NCBI GenBank assembly: GCA_965205855.1
Contig: OZ242184.1
Span: 672,001 to 736,000, forward strand
From: Thermodesulfobacteriota bacterium
Lineage (GTDB): Bacteria; Desulfobacterota_D; UBA1144; Nemesobacterales; Mycalebacteriaceae
Direction of reading: 5' to 3'
DNA length: 64,000 nt
Made by a program: the position numbers and the translations under genes. Below the pieces are notes generated by a model, which was not told the DNA's origin, did no database searches, and saw nothing but the letters and a program-made list of their open reading frames with translations. Every line of letters begins with the position of its first letter. Positions within the stretch are counted from its first letter, which is position 1. Below, in pieces: positions 1 to 9,170 of the stretch.

Positions 1-318
1 GCCTTTGTATCCGCCGCTTTTTTCTATCGCGATAAGATCAAGGGGTTGTTCAACAACGCAAACGGTTGAAAAATCTCTTCTCGCGTCGTGGCATATCGCG
101 CATTTGCCTCCCGATGAAAAATGAAAACAGACTTCACAGGCGGAAATTCCTTTCCGCGCGAGCGCGATGGACTCCGAAAGCCGGGACGCCTTTTCCCTTG
201 AAGCCTTAAAAACTATGTGAAAAGCGAGTCGTGTGGCGTTTTTTTCGCCGATTCCCGGCAGTGAAGCGAGTTCACTGACGAGGTTTTTCATCTCTGCGGG
301 CAGTCCGGAACCGTTCAT
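1..318 (-). CDS. recR: Recombination mediator RecR (5' part; runs off window start)
   Basis: Manual translation from ATG 318: LPGIGEKNATRLAFH, CEVC..CAIC zinc finger, CVVEQPLD; follows dnaX-ybaB. Confidence 0.93.
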   Translation of the reverse strand, partial: MNGSGLPAEMKNLVSELASLPGIGEKNATRLAFHIVFKASREKASRLSESIALARKGISACEVCFHFSSGGKCAICHDARRDFSTVCVVEQPLDLIAIEKSGGYKG

Positions 319-324
319 TTTATA

Positions 325-648
325 TCAGAGAAGACCCGGTGGAATGCCGAGGTCTCCGGCAACTTTTGAGATTTCATCCTTCATTGTTTTACGACCTCTG
401 GAAAGTGCTTCGTTAACGGCGGCGCTGACAAGATCCTGCAACATCTCAATGTCGTTTCCGTCAACTATTTCGGGGTCTATGCTTATTGACTGAATTTCTC
501 CCTTTGCTTTTGCCGCTACGGTTACCATTCCGCCCCCTGATGATGCTTCCACAACTGTCTCCCCGGCTTCGTTCTGCGTTTTCTCCATATCCGCCTTGAG
601 TTTCTCCGCCTGCTTCATAAGGTTTTTCAATCCGCCGTCAAATTTCAT
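325..648 (-). CDS. ybaB: YbaB/EbfC nucleoid-associated protein
   Basis: MKFDGG...SGGGMVTV...EMLQDLV..AVNEAL; lies between dnaX and recR; start trimmed to ATG 648. Confidence 0.92.
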   Translation of the reverse strand: MKFDGGLKNLMKQAEKLKADMEKTQNEAGETVVEASSGGGMVTVAAKAKGEIQSISIDPEIVDGNDIEMLQDLVSAAVNEALSRGRKTMKDEISKVAGDLGIPPGLL

Positions 649-2308
649 TTTGTCCTCCTTTTCCCAATGTTGTGATTTTGCCGTCAAACATTTCAAGTGC
701 CTGTTTGACAAGAGGTTTGTCCTGTATTTTCTCAATACCGTTTCCCTCTTCTCCGGTGTCAAAAAACTCAATTTTCGCGCCGCATTCAAAAAACTTCTCC
801 GCCTTGCGTAGAAAACTCTCCCGTTCATCTTTTTTGTTTTTCAAAAAGCGCGTGTGCATAACGCTTGGTTTTGGCACTTTTATTACGGCGACCGAGTTTT
901 CAATCCTGATTTCGCATTTGGCGACCATGTTGGCTATGAAACCGAACTCCTCTTCGCCCGACTTGAGAAAATCGGCAAAACTCCCGGCGTTTTCCTTTCC
1001 CTTTGCCGAAGAGTCACGTTCTTTGTCCGTTCCGTTTTCCCGCGTGGTTTGTACGGCGGATTTCTCTTCTGTTTTTTCCATTTTCTCCGTGGCGTTTCGT
1101 TTCGGGGTTTCCTGCATCCTCGCTTTTTTATCCGTCCCCGCCGGATTTGAATACGGGGTTTCCTCGCCCGTGAGTTTGTTCAGTTTGCGCATAATGTCGT
1201 CCAGAGGGACGGGCTTATCCGCAGAGCAGAGCCTTATTACCATGGCGTCAACCGTCATTTCCTGATAGAAAGACCTGCTTACTCTGTCGCACATCTCCAT
1301 TGCCATGTCAAAAAGCATCTCAAGGGTTTGAGCAGACCGGTCTTTTGCGGACTCAAGCAGGAGCGCCGCTCTTTCGTTCGAAATATCGGGAACCGAATTT
1401 TCCCCGCTCACTTTTAGAATAAGGGCGGTTCTGACAAGGGAGGTTATCCCTTCGGCGAATTTCGCGGGGCTGATGCCCTTATCGAGGATTTTCACAAGCG
1501 TTTCAATTCCCTTGGCGGGGTTTTTCTCCATTATCGCCTCAAACATCTCGTTCATCAGGTTTGTGTCAGCAAATCCGAGCAGTGAAAGCGCTTCGGTGTG
1601 ATCTATGTTGTTTCCAAAAGTCGCAATTAACTGGTCCAGAAGACTGAGGGCGTCTCTCATACTTCCGTCCGCTTCAAGAGCGATGGTGGAAATTGTTTCC
1701 GACGCTATTTTTATATTCTCGTTTTGCGCCGCGTCTTTGAGAGAGGAGCTGATTTCCGTGACCGATACTTTTCTGAAATCGTAACGCTGGCAGCGCGAGA
1801 GAATTGTCGCCGGTATTTTGTGCGGCTCCGTTGTGGCGAGGATAAAAAGCACGTGAGCCGGCGGTTCCTCAAGCGTTTTGAGCAGGGCGTTAAAAGCTGC
1901 CTGAGAAAGCATATGTGCTTCGTCTATGATGTATACCTTTGTTTTTCCTGATGCGGGAAGGTAGCGGGATTTTTCTATTATGTCCCGCACATCGTTTACG
2001 CTTGTGTGAGAGGCGGCGTCCATTTCCTGAACTTCCACCGCGCGCCCGTCCGATATAAGAGAGCAGGATTCGCACGAGTCTTTGGAGCAGGGGCGTTTTT
2101 CGGAGGGTTTTTCACAATTGACGGTTTTCGCCACTATCCTCGCCGTGGAGGTTTTTCCGACCCCGCGAGGCCCCGTAAGCAGAAGCGCATGGGCAAGTTT
2201 GCCCGACCTTGCCGCGTTGCAAAGCGCTTTGACTATGTAATCCTGACCCACAACCTCGTCAAAGGTTTGCGGTCTCAACTTTCTTGCAAGAACTATGTAG
2301 GAAGACAT
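638..2308 (-). CDS. dnaX: DNA polymerase III subunit gamma/tau
   Basis: YIVLARKLRPQTF, GPRGVGKT, DEAHML, SRC motif; the upstream ORF extension overlaps the SRP RNA and tRNA, so start set at ATG 2308. Confidence 0.96.
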   Translation of the reverse strand: MSSYIVLARKLRPQTFDEVVGQDYIVKALCNAARSGKLAHALLLTGPRGVGKTSTARIVAKTVNCEKPSEKRPCSKDSCESCSLISDGRAVEVQEMDAASHTSVNDVRDIIEKSRYLPASGKTKVYIIDEAHMLSQAAFNALLKTLEEPPAHVLFILATTEPHKIPATILSRCQRYDFRKVSVTEISSSLKDAAQNENIKIASETISTIALEADGSMRDALSLLDQLIATFGNNIDHTEALSLLGFADTNLMNEMFEAIMEKNPAKGIETLVKILDKGISPAKFAEGITSLVRTALILKVSGENSVPDISNERAALLLESAKDRSAQTLEMLFDMAMEMCDRVSRSFYQEMTVDAMVIRLCSADKPVPLDDIMRKLNKLTGEETPYSNPAGTDKKARMQETPKRNATEKMEKTEEKSAVQTTRENGTDKERDSSAKGKENAGSFADFLKSGEEEFGFIANMVAKCEIRIENSVAVIKVPKPSVMHTRFLKNKKDERESFLRKAEKFFECGAKIEFFDTGEEGNGIEKIQDKPLVKQALEMFDGKITTLGKGGQNEI

Positions 2309-2321
2309 TTTATGAAATACA

Positions 2322-2434
2322 AACCCGGCTCGCCGAGTTCCCGCAAGCGCCTGGGAAGATGTGCTACCGTTGCTTCCTTCCGGACCTGGCGGAGTTCGCA
2401 ACCCTCCCACCGCACGGTCCGGCTTACCGGGGTT
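2322..2434 (-). ncRNA. ffs: Small signal recognition particle RNA (4.5S)
   Basis: Minus strand has CAGGTCCGGAAGGAAGCA domain IV motif within a long hairpin with complementary ends; typical position upstream of dnaX. Confidence 0.9.
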
Positions 2435-2531
2435 TGATTGCCGGAAGTGATTGTATCGGTTTGAGGTTTGACTGACAAGTGGTAAAAGGCCGACAGTGAA
2501 CGCGCTCTCCGCGAAATTTTGAAATTGTAAT

Positions 2532-2623
2532 TGGCGGAGAGGATGGGATTCGAACCCATGAGGGAGCGTGAACCCCCTACACGCTTTCCAGGCGTGCACC
2601 TTCGGCCGCTCGGTCACCTCTCC
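2532..2623 (-). tRNA. tRNA-Ser(GGA)
   Basis: GGAGAGG...CCTCTCCGCCA acceptor stem, anticodon arm CACGC-CTGGAAA-GCGTG, long variable arm, GTTCGAATC. Confidence 0.95.
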
Positions 2624-2647
2624 GCTTGTTGTCTCGGTTTGCCCGCT

Positions 2648-3034
2648 CTACTTCCCGGTGAATTCGCACTTGCATATCTCTTTTCTTATATACGCGACAA
2701 CCTGCCAGGTTCCTTCCTCTCCGAGAACACCGCCCCACGCCGGCATCATGACTGACTTTCCGACTGCCGGGCCTCCCATGTTGATAACGTTGAACATATA
2801 TTCATCGGTCAGTTTTGACATATAGTTGGAATTACTCAAATCTCTCGGTTTCGGCTCAAGAGCCGCAGACGCGATTCCATCTCCCATACCGGTTTGTCCG
2901 TGGCATGAAGCACAGACTGCTGCAAATGACCGGCTTCCCGCTCCGGTATCGTATTCTTTTGACATGACGTCAGTGGCAAAAAACGCCGCAACGCATAGAA
3001 AAAAAAAGACCGTTGCAACACAATAGTAGATCAT
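2648..3034 (-). CDS. Monoheme c-type cytochrome
   Basis: N-terminal hydrophobic signal, CASCH heme motif, PKPRDL, MPAW. Confidence 0.88.
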   Translation of the reverse strand: MIYYCVATVFFFLCVAAFFATDVMSKEYDTGAGSRSFAAVCASCHGQTGMGDGIASAALEPKPRDLSNSNYMSKLTDEYMFNVINMGGPAVGKSVMMPAWGGVLGEEGTWQVVAYIRKEICKCEFTGK

Positions 3035-3100
3035 TGATTAACCTCAGGATAACAGGATAATGAACACCGCCGGCAATTACAATTCGGGTTGATATCGCGC

Positions 3101-3183
3101 GGGCAGGTGGCGAAACGGCAGACGCGGCGGCCTCAAAAGCCGTTGGGCTAACACCCGTGAGGGTTCGAATCCCTCCCTGCCCA
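3101..3183 (+). tRNA. tRNA-Leu(CAA)
   Basis: GGGCAGG/CCTGCCC acceptor stem, anticodon loop CTCAAAA, long variable arm, GGTTCGAATCC; CCA not encoded. Confidence 0.93.
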
Positions 3184-3188
3184 TAAAA

Positions 3189-4346
3189 TCAATATCGCGG
3201 CATTGAGGGCTCAAATTTATCCGCCCATTCGTCTATGCCGCCTTTAAGACTCTTTACCTTTGAAAATCCGTTCTCAAGCAGGTATTCGGCGGCTTTCAAA
3301 CTTCTCCCGCCGTGGTGGCAGTGAACAACAATCTCACTGTCCGGGTCCAGCTCTTCGGTTCTGTCGCGTACCTCTCCGAGAGGAATCAGAGAAGACCCTT
3401 CAATTTTGCAAATTTCGTATTCGTGCGGCTCCCTGACGTCCACAAGCGTCGGGCTCTTGTCGTTGCCGTTTTTCCATATTTTTCTGAAATCCTCAACGCT
3501 TATTTCATTGGGCCCCACGGCGCTCTGCTCAGCGCTTTCTTCTCCCAGGGGAATGCCGCAAAACTGCTCATAATCAATCAGTTCCGTAATTGTCGGCACG
3601 TCTCCGCAAATCGGGCATTCTTTGTCTTTCCTGAGTTTCAACTCTCTCGGACTCATCTCAAGCACATCCACAAAAAGCAGCCTTCCCACAAGCGGTTTTC
3701 CCGTGCCGAGAATGATCTTGACCGTCTCCGCGGCCTGCATTGTGCCAACTATACCGGGCAGAATTCCGAGCACTCCGCCTTCTGCGCAACTTGGAACAAG
3801 CCCCGGAGGGGGCGGTTCGGGATAGACGCATCTGTAGCAAGGTCCGCGTTTTGCGTCAAAAACGCTCACCTGTCCCTCAAAGCGAAATATGCTTCCGTAG
3901 ACATTGGGTTTGCCAAGCAGAACGCACGCGTCGTTCACGAGGTAGCGTGTCGGGAAATTGTCCGTTCCGTCCACAACCACATCGTAGTTTCTGATTATTT
4001 CAAGCGCGTTGGCGGATGTGAGCCTCTCGTTGTGAATTGTAACCTTCACATCCGAGTTCAAGTCCGCGATTCTCTTTTTCGCGCTCTCGGCTTTGAGTTC
4101 ACCGAGGGTGCTTTCGCCGTGAATTATCTGCCTTTGGAGGTTGCTGAAATCAACAACATCAAAATCAACTATGCCTATATGCCCGATTCCCGCGGCGGCA
4201 AGATAGAGCGCCAGCGGCGAGCCGAGCCCTCCGGCTCCTATGCACAGCACTCGCGCGTCGAGAAGTTTTTTCTGACCCTCAACCCCCACTTCGGGAAGTA
4301 TCAGATGCCTGCCGTATCTGCTTGCTTGCTCTTTTGTGAGTTCCAT
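3189..4346 (-). CDS. moeB: MoeB/MoeZ-type sulfur-carrier adenylyltransferase with C-terminal rhodanese domain
   Basis: RYGRH, GAGGLG, SNLQRQ, PCYRC, C-terminal DVRE...HCHHGGRS; start probably ATG 4346. Confidence 0.92.
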   Translation of the reverse strand: MELTKEQASRYGRHLILPEVGVEGQKKLLDARVLCIGAGGLGSPLALYLAAAGIGHIGIVDFDVVDFSNLQRQIIHGESTLGELKAESAKKRIADLNSDVKVTIHNERLTSANALEIIRNYDVVVDGTDNFPTRYLVNDACVLLGKPNVYGSIFRFEGQVSVFDAKRGPCYRCVYPEPPPPGLVPSCAEGGVLGILPGIVGTMQAAETVKIILGTGKPLVGRLLFVDVLEMSPRELKLRKDKECPICGDVPTITELIDYEQFCGIPLGEESAEQSAVGPNEISVEDFRKIWKNGNDKSPTLVDVREPHEYEICKIEGSSLIPLGEVRDRTEELDPDSEIVVHCHHGGRSLKAAEYLLENGFSKVKSLKGGIDEWADKFEPSMPRY

Positions 4347-4455
4347 TTCCGTTTCCTCGAAAAGCCCGTTCAATATCTCACGGCTTGCCCGCTTTGTCAA
4401 AGCGCCGCGTAGCTTGTAAGCGCGGGTGATAGCGGGAAATATATCAATCGTTTCA

Positions 4456-5304
4456 ATGTCTTCTCTCTACATAGTCTCCACCCCGGTAGGAAATCTTGAG
4501 GATATGACCCTACGCGCCATAAGGGTTCTCAAAGAGGTGGAAGCAGTGGCATGCGAAGACACACGCGTAACGGGGAAATTGCTTGCGCGGCACGGAATCA
4601 AAGCCCGTCTTATTCAATGCCATGAGCATAATGAGGCGAGGCAGGCGGGAGTGATAAAGCGGATACTCAAAAACGGCGGAGATGTCGCCCTTGTAACGGA
4701 TGCGGGAACGCCTCTTCTTTCGGACCCCGGACACAGGGTTGTCTCAACAATCGCGCGGGAGGGTTTTGATGTTGTGCCGATACCGGGCGCGTCCGCACTG
4801 CTTTGCGCTCTTGCCATGTCTGCGATTGATTTTACCGAGTTTACCTTTCTGGGTTTTCTTCCCCGAAAGCGCGGGCAAGCCGTGAAGACTCTTTCCGAGT
4901 TCTCTTCTTCGCAACGCCCGCTTGTTATTTACGAATCGCCCAGAAGGATTGCTGCGACTCTTCGTCTTATTCTTGAAATCCTCGGAGACCGCGAGGCGGC
5001 GGTGTGCCGCGAGATGACAAAACTTCACGAAGAGGTTGTTCGCGCCCCGGTTTCTTCCCTTGCCGAAGAATTTGGCGGCAGAGAAAACGTAAAGGGCGAG
5101 GCGGCGATAGTTGTCTCCGGCGCCCGAGGGAAAGGCGACCCCGATGAAAAAGAGCTGAAAAACCGTCTGCTTGAACTTAAAAAAGAGGGGATGAGCTTCA
5201 AAGACGCGCTTAAAACCGTTTCGGTCGAATCGGGCGCGGGGAAAAATACGCTTTACAATTTTGCTCTGAGGGTCTGGGACAAAAAAACGGAGATTAGGAG
5301 CTGA
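4456..5304 (+). CDS. rsmI: 16S rRNA C1402 2'-O-methyltransferase
   Basis: LYIVSTPVGNLEDMTLRA, ACEDTR, DAGTPLLSDPG, YESPRR. Confidence 0.95.
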   Translation: MSSLYIVSTPVGNLEDMTLRAIRVLKEVEAVACEDTRVTGKLLARHGIKARLIQCHEHNEARQAGVIKRILKNGGDVALVTDAGTPLLSDPGHRVVSTIAREGFDVVPIPGASALLCALAMSAIDFTEFTFLGFLPRKRGQAVKTLSEFSSSQRPLVIYESPRRIAATLRLILEILGDREAAVCREMTKLHEEVVRAPVSSLAEEFGGRENVKGEAAIVVSGARGKGDPDEKELKNRLLELKKEGMSFKDALKTVSVESGAGKNTLYNFALRVWDKKTEIRS

Positions 5305-6760
5305 ACGGAAATCCCGCGCCGAACCGTCCGAGTTTTTCAAAAGCGCGCGCCGCGGTCAGAATGGCAGTCTCTTCAAACGGTCTTCCGATGAATTGAACCC
5401 CGATTGGCAAACCGGATTTTGTGAGTCCGCACGGAACGGAAACGGCCGGAACTCCTGCTATGTTTGCGGGTATGGTCAAAGCGTCCGAAAGATACATCTT
5501 TATCGGGTCGTCCGTTTTCTCTCCGAGTTTGAAAGCCGCTTCGGGCGTGGTCGGCGTCATTATCAAGTCCGCCTTTTCAAACGCCGATTTGAACTCCCCG
5601 CTTATGAGCGCGCGAACCTTCTGCGCTTTGAGGTAGTAGGCGTCGTAGTATCCCGATGAAAGCGCGTGAGTGCCGAGCATAATCCTTCTTTTCACCTCGT
5701 CGCCAAAACCCTCGCTGCGGCTTTTGATTATCATCTCTTTAAGAGAACCGGCGTTTTGCGTCCGCCGTCCGTATCTTACGCCGTCATACCTTGAAAGGTT
5801 TGAACTCGCCTCGCACGGGGCGATTATGTAATAAGCGGAAACCGCATATTCGGTGAGCGGCATGGATATTGCGGTTATTTCCGCTCCGAGCGATTCCATA
5901 TCTTTTATTGCGGCGCGGACGCTTTTCTCCACCTCGCCGTCCATCGCGCCGATGCCAAAATACTCTTCCGGCACGGCGATTTTCATGTTTTTCACTCCGC
6001 CTTCAATTTTCCCCGCGCACCCCGGAGCGGGGATGTCAAATGAAGTTGAGTCTTTTTCATCAAACCCCGCCATAACATCAAGCAGAACAGCCGCATCCTC
6101 AACCGTTTTTGCGAGCGGTCCCGCTTGATCAAGTGAAGACGCGAATGCCGTCATTCCGAATCTGCTCACCCTGCCGTAGGTGGGTTTCATTCCCACAACT
6201 CCGCAAAAGGACGCCGGTTGCCTGATTGAGCCACCAGTGTCCGTTCCCACCGCGGCGGAACAAAACCCCGCCGCGACCGCCGCCGCGCATCCTCCGCTTG
6301 AGCCGCCCGGAACTCTTTCAGCATCCCACGGGTTGCGCACGGGGCCGAAGTGAGAAGTCTCGTTTGAAGAACCCATCGCGAATTCATCCATGTTGTTTTT
6401 GCCGATAATTACGGCTCCCGAATGCTTGAGCCTCGCCGCCACCGTTGAGTCGTATGAAGGCGTAAAGTTCTCAAGGATTTTGGACCCGCAGGTCATCGTT
6501 ATTCCCTTGAGTGCGAAAATATCCTTGAGCGCGACCGGAATTCCGTGAAGCGGGCTTTTAATTTCTCCCGCGTTTATCTCCTTTTCCGCCTTTTTCGCAG
6601 CGGCTGTCGCGGCGTCCGGGTCAACCTTGATAAAAGAGTTTATGCCTCCGTCCAGAGACGATATTCTTTCAAGTGCCGCTTGCGTGAGCTCCACGGGCGA
6701 GATTTCCTTTGCCTTTATAAGCCGCGCCGCTTCCGCTATGCCGGGAAAACCGTTTTTCAT
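5294..6760 (-). CDS. gatA: Asp/Glu-tRNA amidotransferase subunit A
   Basis: Amidase signature GGSSGG, GTDTGGSIRQPA, SRYDGVRYG. Confidence 0.96.
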   Translation of the reverse strand: MKNGFPGIAEAARLIKAKEISPVELTQAALERISSLDGGINSFIKVDPDAATAAAKKAEKEINAGEIKSPLHGIPVALKDIFALKGITMTCGSKILENFTPSYDSTVAARLKHSGAVIIGKNNMDEFAMGSSNETSHFGPVRNPWDAERVPGGSSGGCAAAVAAGFCSAAVGTDTGGSIRQPASFCGVVGMKPTYGRVSRFGMTAFASSLDQAGPLAKTVEDAAVLLDVMAGFDEKDSTSFDIPAPGCAGKIEGGVKNMKIAVPEEYFGIGAMDGEVEKSVRAAIKDMESLGAEITAISMPLTEYAVSAYYIIAPCEASSNLSRYDGVRYGRRTQNAGSLKEMIIKSRSEGFGDEVKRRIMLGTHALSSGYYDAYYLKAQKVRALISGEFKSAFEKADLIMTPTTPEAAFKLGEKTDDPIKMYLSDALTIPANIAGVPAVSVPCGLTKSGLPIGVQFIGRPFEETAILTAARAFEKLGRFGAGFPFSS

Positions 6761-6775
6761 TACACCCGTCCCCGG

Positions 6776-7078
6776 CTATGAGCCGTCAATCACCTTCGGA
6801 ACCGAGAAAAAACCGTCCGCCGTTTCGGGCGCTCCCTCAAGGGCTTTTTCGCCCGCGTCCGTGGCTCGCGCGGTATCTTCTCTCATACGCGCGTTTATAT
6901 CAACTGCATGGGAGGCAGGTTTTACATTATCGGTGTCAAGTTCGTTCAGGTTTTCCATGTATAGGAGGATCTTCGCAAGATAGCCGCCGAATTTTTCAAT
7001 CTCCTCGGGGCTGAATTCAAGCATGGCGAGTTTTGCGGCATCGTGCGCACGCTCTTCTGGAATTCTCTTCTCACTCAC
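6776..7078 (-). CDS. gatC: Asp/Glu-tRNA amidotransferase subunit C
   Basis: AKLAML..LNELDT..REDT..FFSVPKVI; GTG start overlapping the gshB stop. Confidence 0.9.
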   Translation of the reverse strand: MSEKRIPEERAHDAAKLAMLEFSPEEIEKFGGYLAKILLYMENLNELDTDNVKPASHAVDINARMREDTARATDAGEKALEGAPETADGFFSVPKVIDGS

Positions 7079-8042
7079 GGGTTTTTCCTTTTTCCGAAAG
7101 CGCTTCGGCAAAGTCCATTATATCGGACTCAAGTCTGACATTCTCAAGTCTGTTGATTTCCCTTACGCAAGTGGGACTTGTGCAGTTTATTTCCGTGAGC
7201 ATTCCACCCACTATGTCTATTCCGGCAAAGTATATTCCCGTTTCCGCAAGATATGGACCGAGTGCGGCGCATATCTCTGTGTCTCTTTTGTTGAGTTCGG
7301 TTTTTTGCGGTTTTCCGCCGGAATGGAAATTACAGATAAACCCGCCTTCGGGGGGCATTCTGAGAACCGCTCCCAGCGGTTTGCCGTCAAGCATTATCAC
7401 GCGCTTGTCTCCTTCGGTTACTCCGTCTATAAATTCCTGAGCCATAGCGAAAACCTTTCCGTCTTCGGTTGTCTTGGCGACTGTTGCGGCAGTTTCGCCG
7501 TCTCTTTCCTCCAGAAGCGATATTCCCTCGCCACCGAATCCGTCAAGTGGTTTGAGAACAATTTTTGTTTTTTCCGCGAGAAAATCCAAGATTTCCCCCG
7601 TGTTTTTTGACACAAATGTATCGGGCATAAATTTCGTAAACTCAAGCGCGCTCAATTTTTCATTTGAGTTTCTTATCGCGCGCGGGCGGTTTATCACAGC
7701 CGTACCGTCATTTTCCGCGAGTTCCAGAATATGCGTCAGGTAGATGTAGTCCATATTGAAAGGCGGGTCTTTGCGCATCCACACAACATCCATAACGCAA
7801 AGAGTGCGGTCTTCCGCATCGCCGAGGTCGTAATCAAAATCTTTTTTATCCGGCGAGCCAAGTCGCAGACGCGCGGCTTGGCACCATGCCTTATTTCCGC
7901 GTGCCGCGAGGGTTTCGGGCGCCACATAAAAAACCTCATGCCCGCGTGACTGTGCTTCAAACATAAGGACGAGCGTTGTGTCCGTTTCGGTATTTACGGA
8001 CTCAAGCGGGTCCATTACAAAGGCCATTTTCATTGCGGACAT
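7071..8042 (-). CDS. gshB: Glutathione synthetase
   Basis: FVMDPLE, MRKDPPF, NEKL, GDKR, TEINCTSPT. Confidence 0.94.
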   Translation of the reverse strand: MSAMKMAFVMDPLESVNTETDTTLVLMFEAQSRGHEVFYVAPETLAARGNKAWCQAARLRLGSPDKKDFDYDLGDAEDRTLCVMDVVWMRKDPPFNMDYIYLTHILELAENDGTAVINRPRAIRNSNEKLSALEFTKFMPDTFVSKNTGEILDFLAEKTKIVLKPLDGFGGEGISLLEERDGETAATVAKTTEDGKVFAMAQEFIDGVTEGDKRVIMLDGKPLGAVLRMPPEGGFICNFHSGGKPQKTELNKRDTEICAALGPYLAETGIYFAGIDIVGGMLTEINCTSPTCVREINRLENVRLESDIMDFAEALSEKGKTRE

Positions 8043-8048
8043 TGCGGT

Positions 8049-9170
8049 CTAATCCACCTTCATCATCTGGAGAAAGCCGTCAAAAAGATAGGACGAATCA
8101 TGAGGGCCCGGAGAGGATTCGGGATGATACTGAACCGCCGAGACCAGTTTGCCACGGTTTTCTATTCCCTCAACAGTGCCGTCGTTCAGGTTGATATGGG
8201 TTATTTCGGTTCCGCTGGCGAGAGAGTCGGGTTCAACGGCAAATCCGTGATTTTGCGAAGTGATCTCAACCTTTCCATCATTCAACCGTTTAACCGGATG
8301 GTTTGCTCCGCGGTGTCCAAATTTCATTTTGAATGTTTTGCCGCCGAGTGCGAGGCTTATTATCTGGTGTCCGAGGCATATCCCGAAAACCGGAACTTTA
8401 CCGATAATGTCTGCCATACTTTTTGCCGCGTATTCGATTCCTTCGGGGTCGCCGGGCCCGTTGGAAAGAAACACTCCGTCGGGTTTGAGGGCGAGCACAT
8501 CCTCCGGCGCGGTCTGCGCGGGAACCACGGTTACGCGGCATCCCATATCGATGAGATTTTTTAGTATGCTGCGTTTTATTCCGAAATCATAAACCACAAC
8601 GCGCGGCGGTTGCCCCGGGGCGGTTTTTGCGCCCGTGGCTTTCCAGCCCGCGTTCCCCTCCGTCCATTGGTAGGGTTTTTCGCAACTTACCTGTGTTACA
8701 AGATCCAGCCCCACAATGCCCGGGGAATTTCTCACTTTTTTGAGCAAACTTTTCGGGTCTGTGTCTTCGGTTGAAATCACGCATTTCTGCGCGCCGCCCG
8801 CTCTGATTTTTCTTGTTATCTTTCTTGTATCCACTTCCTGTATGCCGATTACCGAATGTTTCTCCATATATTTATGAAGAGGCATTGTCGAGCGCCAGTT
8901 GCTTGGGGTCTCCCAGTATTCCCTCACAACAAGCCCCTTTGCGAGAGGCAAGGCGGATTCGGAGTCTTCCTCATTTACGCCGTAGTTGCCGATTTCCGGA
9001 CTTGTCATCGTAATGATTTGACCGTTGTATGAAGGGTCTGTGAGAATTTCCTGATAACCGGTCATGGAGGTGTTAAAAACCGCTTCGCCGAATCTCTCTC
9101 CGCGCGCGCCGAAGTGTTCTCCCTCAAAAACGCTTCCGTCCTCAAACACGAGAAGGCATTTGCCGTTCAT
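8049..9170 (-). CDS. carA: Carbamoyl-phosphate synthase small subunit
   Basis: FNTSMTGYQE, LSNGPGDP, GICLGHQ, QYHPE. Confidence 0.96.
   Translation of the reverse strand: MNGKCLLVFEDGSVFEGEHFGARGERFGEAVFNTSMTGYQEILTDPSYNGQIITMTSPEIGNYGVNEEDSESALPLAKGLVVREYWETPSNWRSTMPLHKYMEKHSVIGIQEVDTRKITRKIRAGGAQKCVISTEDTDPKSLLKKVRNSPGIVGLDLVTQVSCEKPYQWTEGNAGWKATGAKTAPGQPPRVVVYDFGIKRSILKNLIDMGCRVTVVPAQTAPEDVLALKPDGVFLSNGPGDPEGIEYAAKSMADIIGKVPVFGICLGHQIISLALGGKTFKMKFGHRGANHPVKRLNDGKVEITSQNHGFAVEPDSLASGTEITHINLNDGTVEGIENRGKLVSAVQYHPESSPGPHDSSYLFDGFLQMMKVD

Noticed and set aside
2309-2617. Long N-terminal extension of DnaX in the ORF track
   Set aside because: It overlaps the SRP RNA and tRNA-Ser; the conserved DnaX start is at 2308.
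3312-4412. Long antisense ORFs such as this 366-aa one (also 22212-23138)
   Set aside because: Shadow ORFs opposite well-supported genes, with no recognisable motifs.
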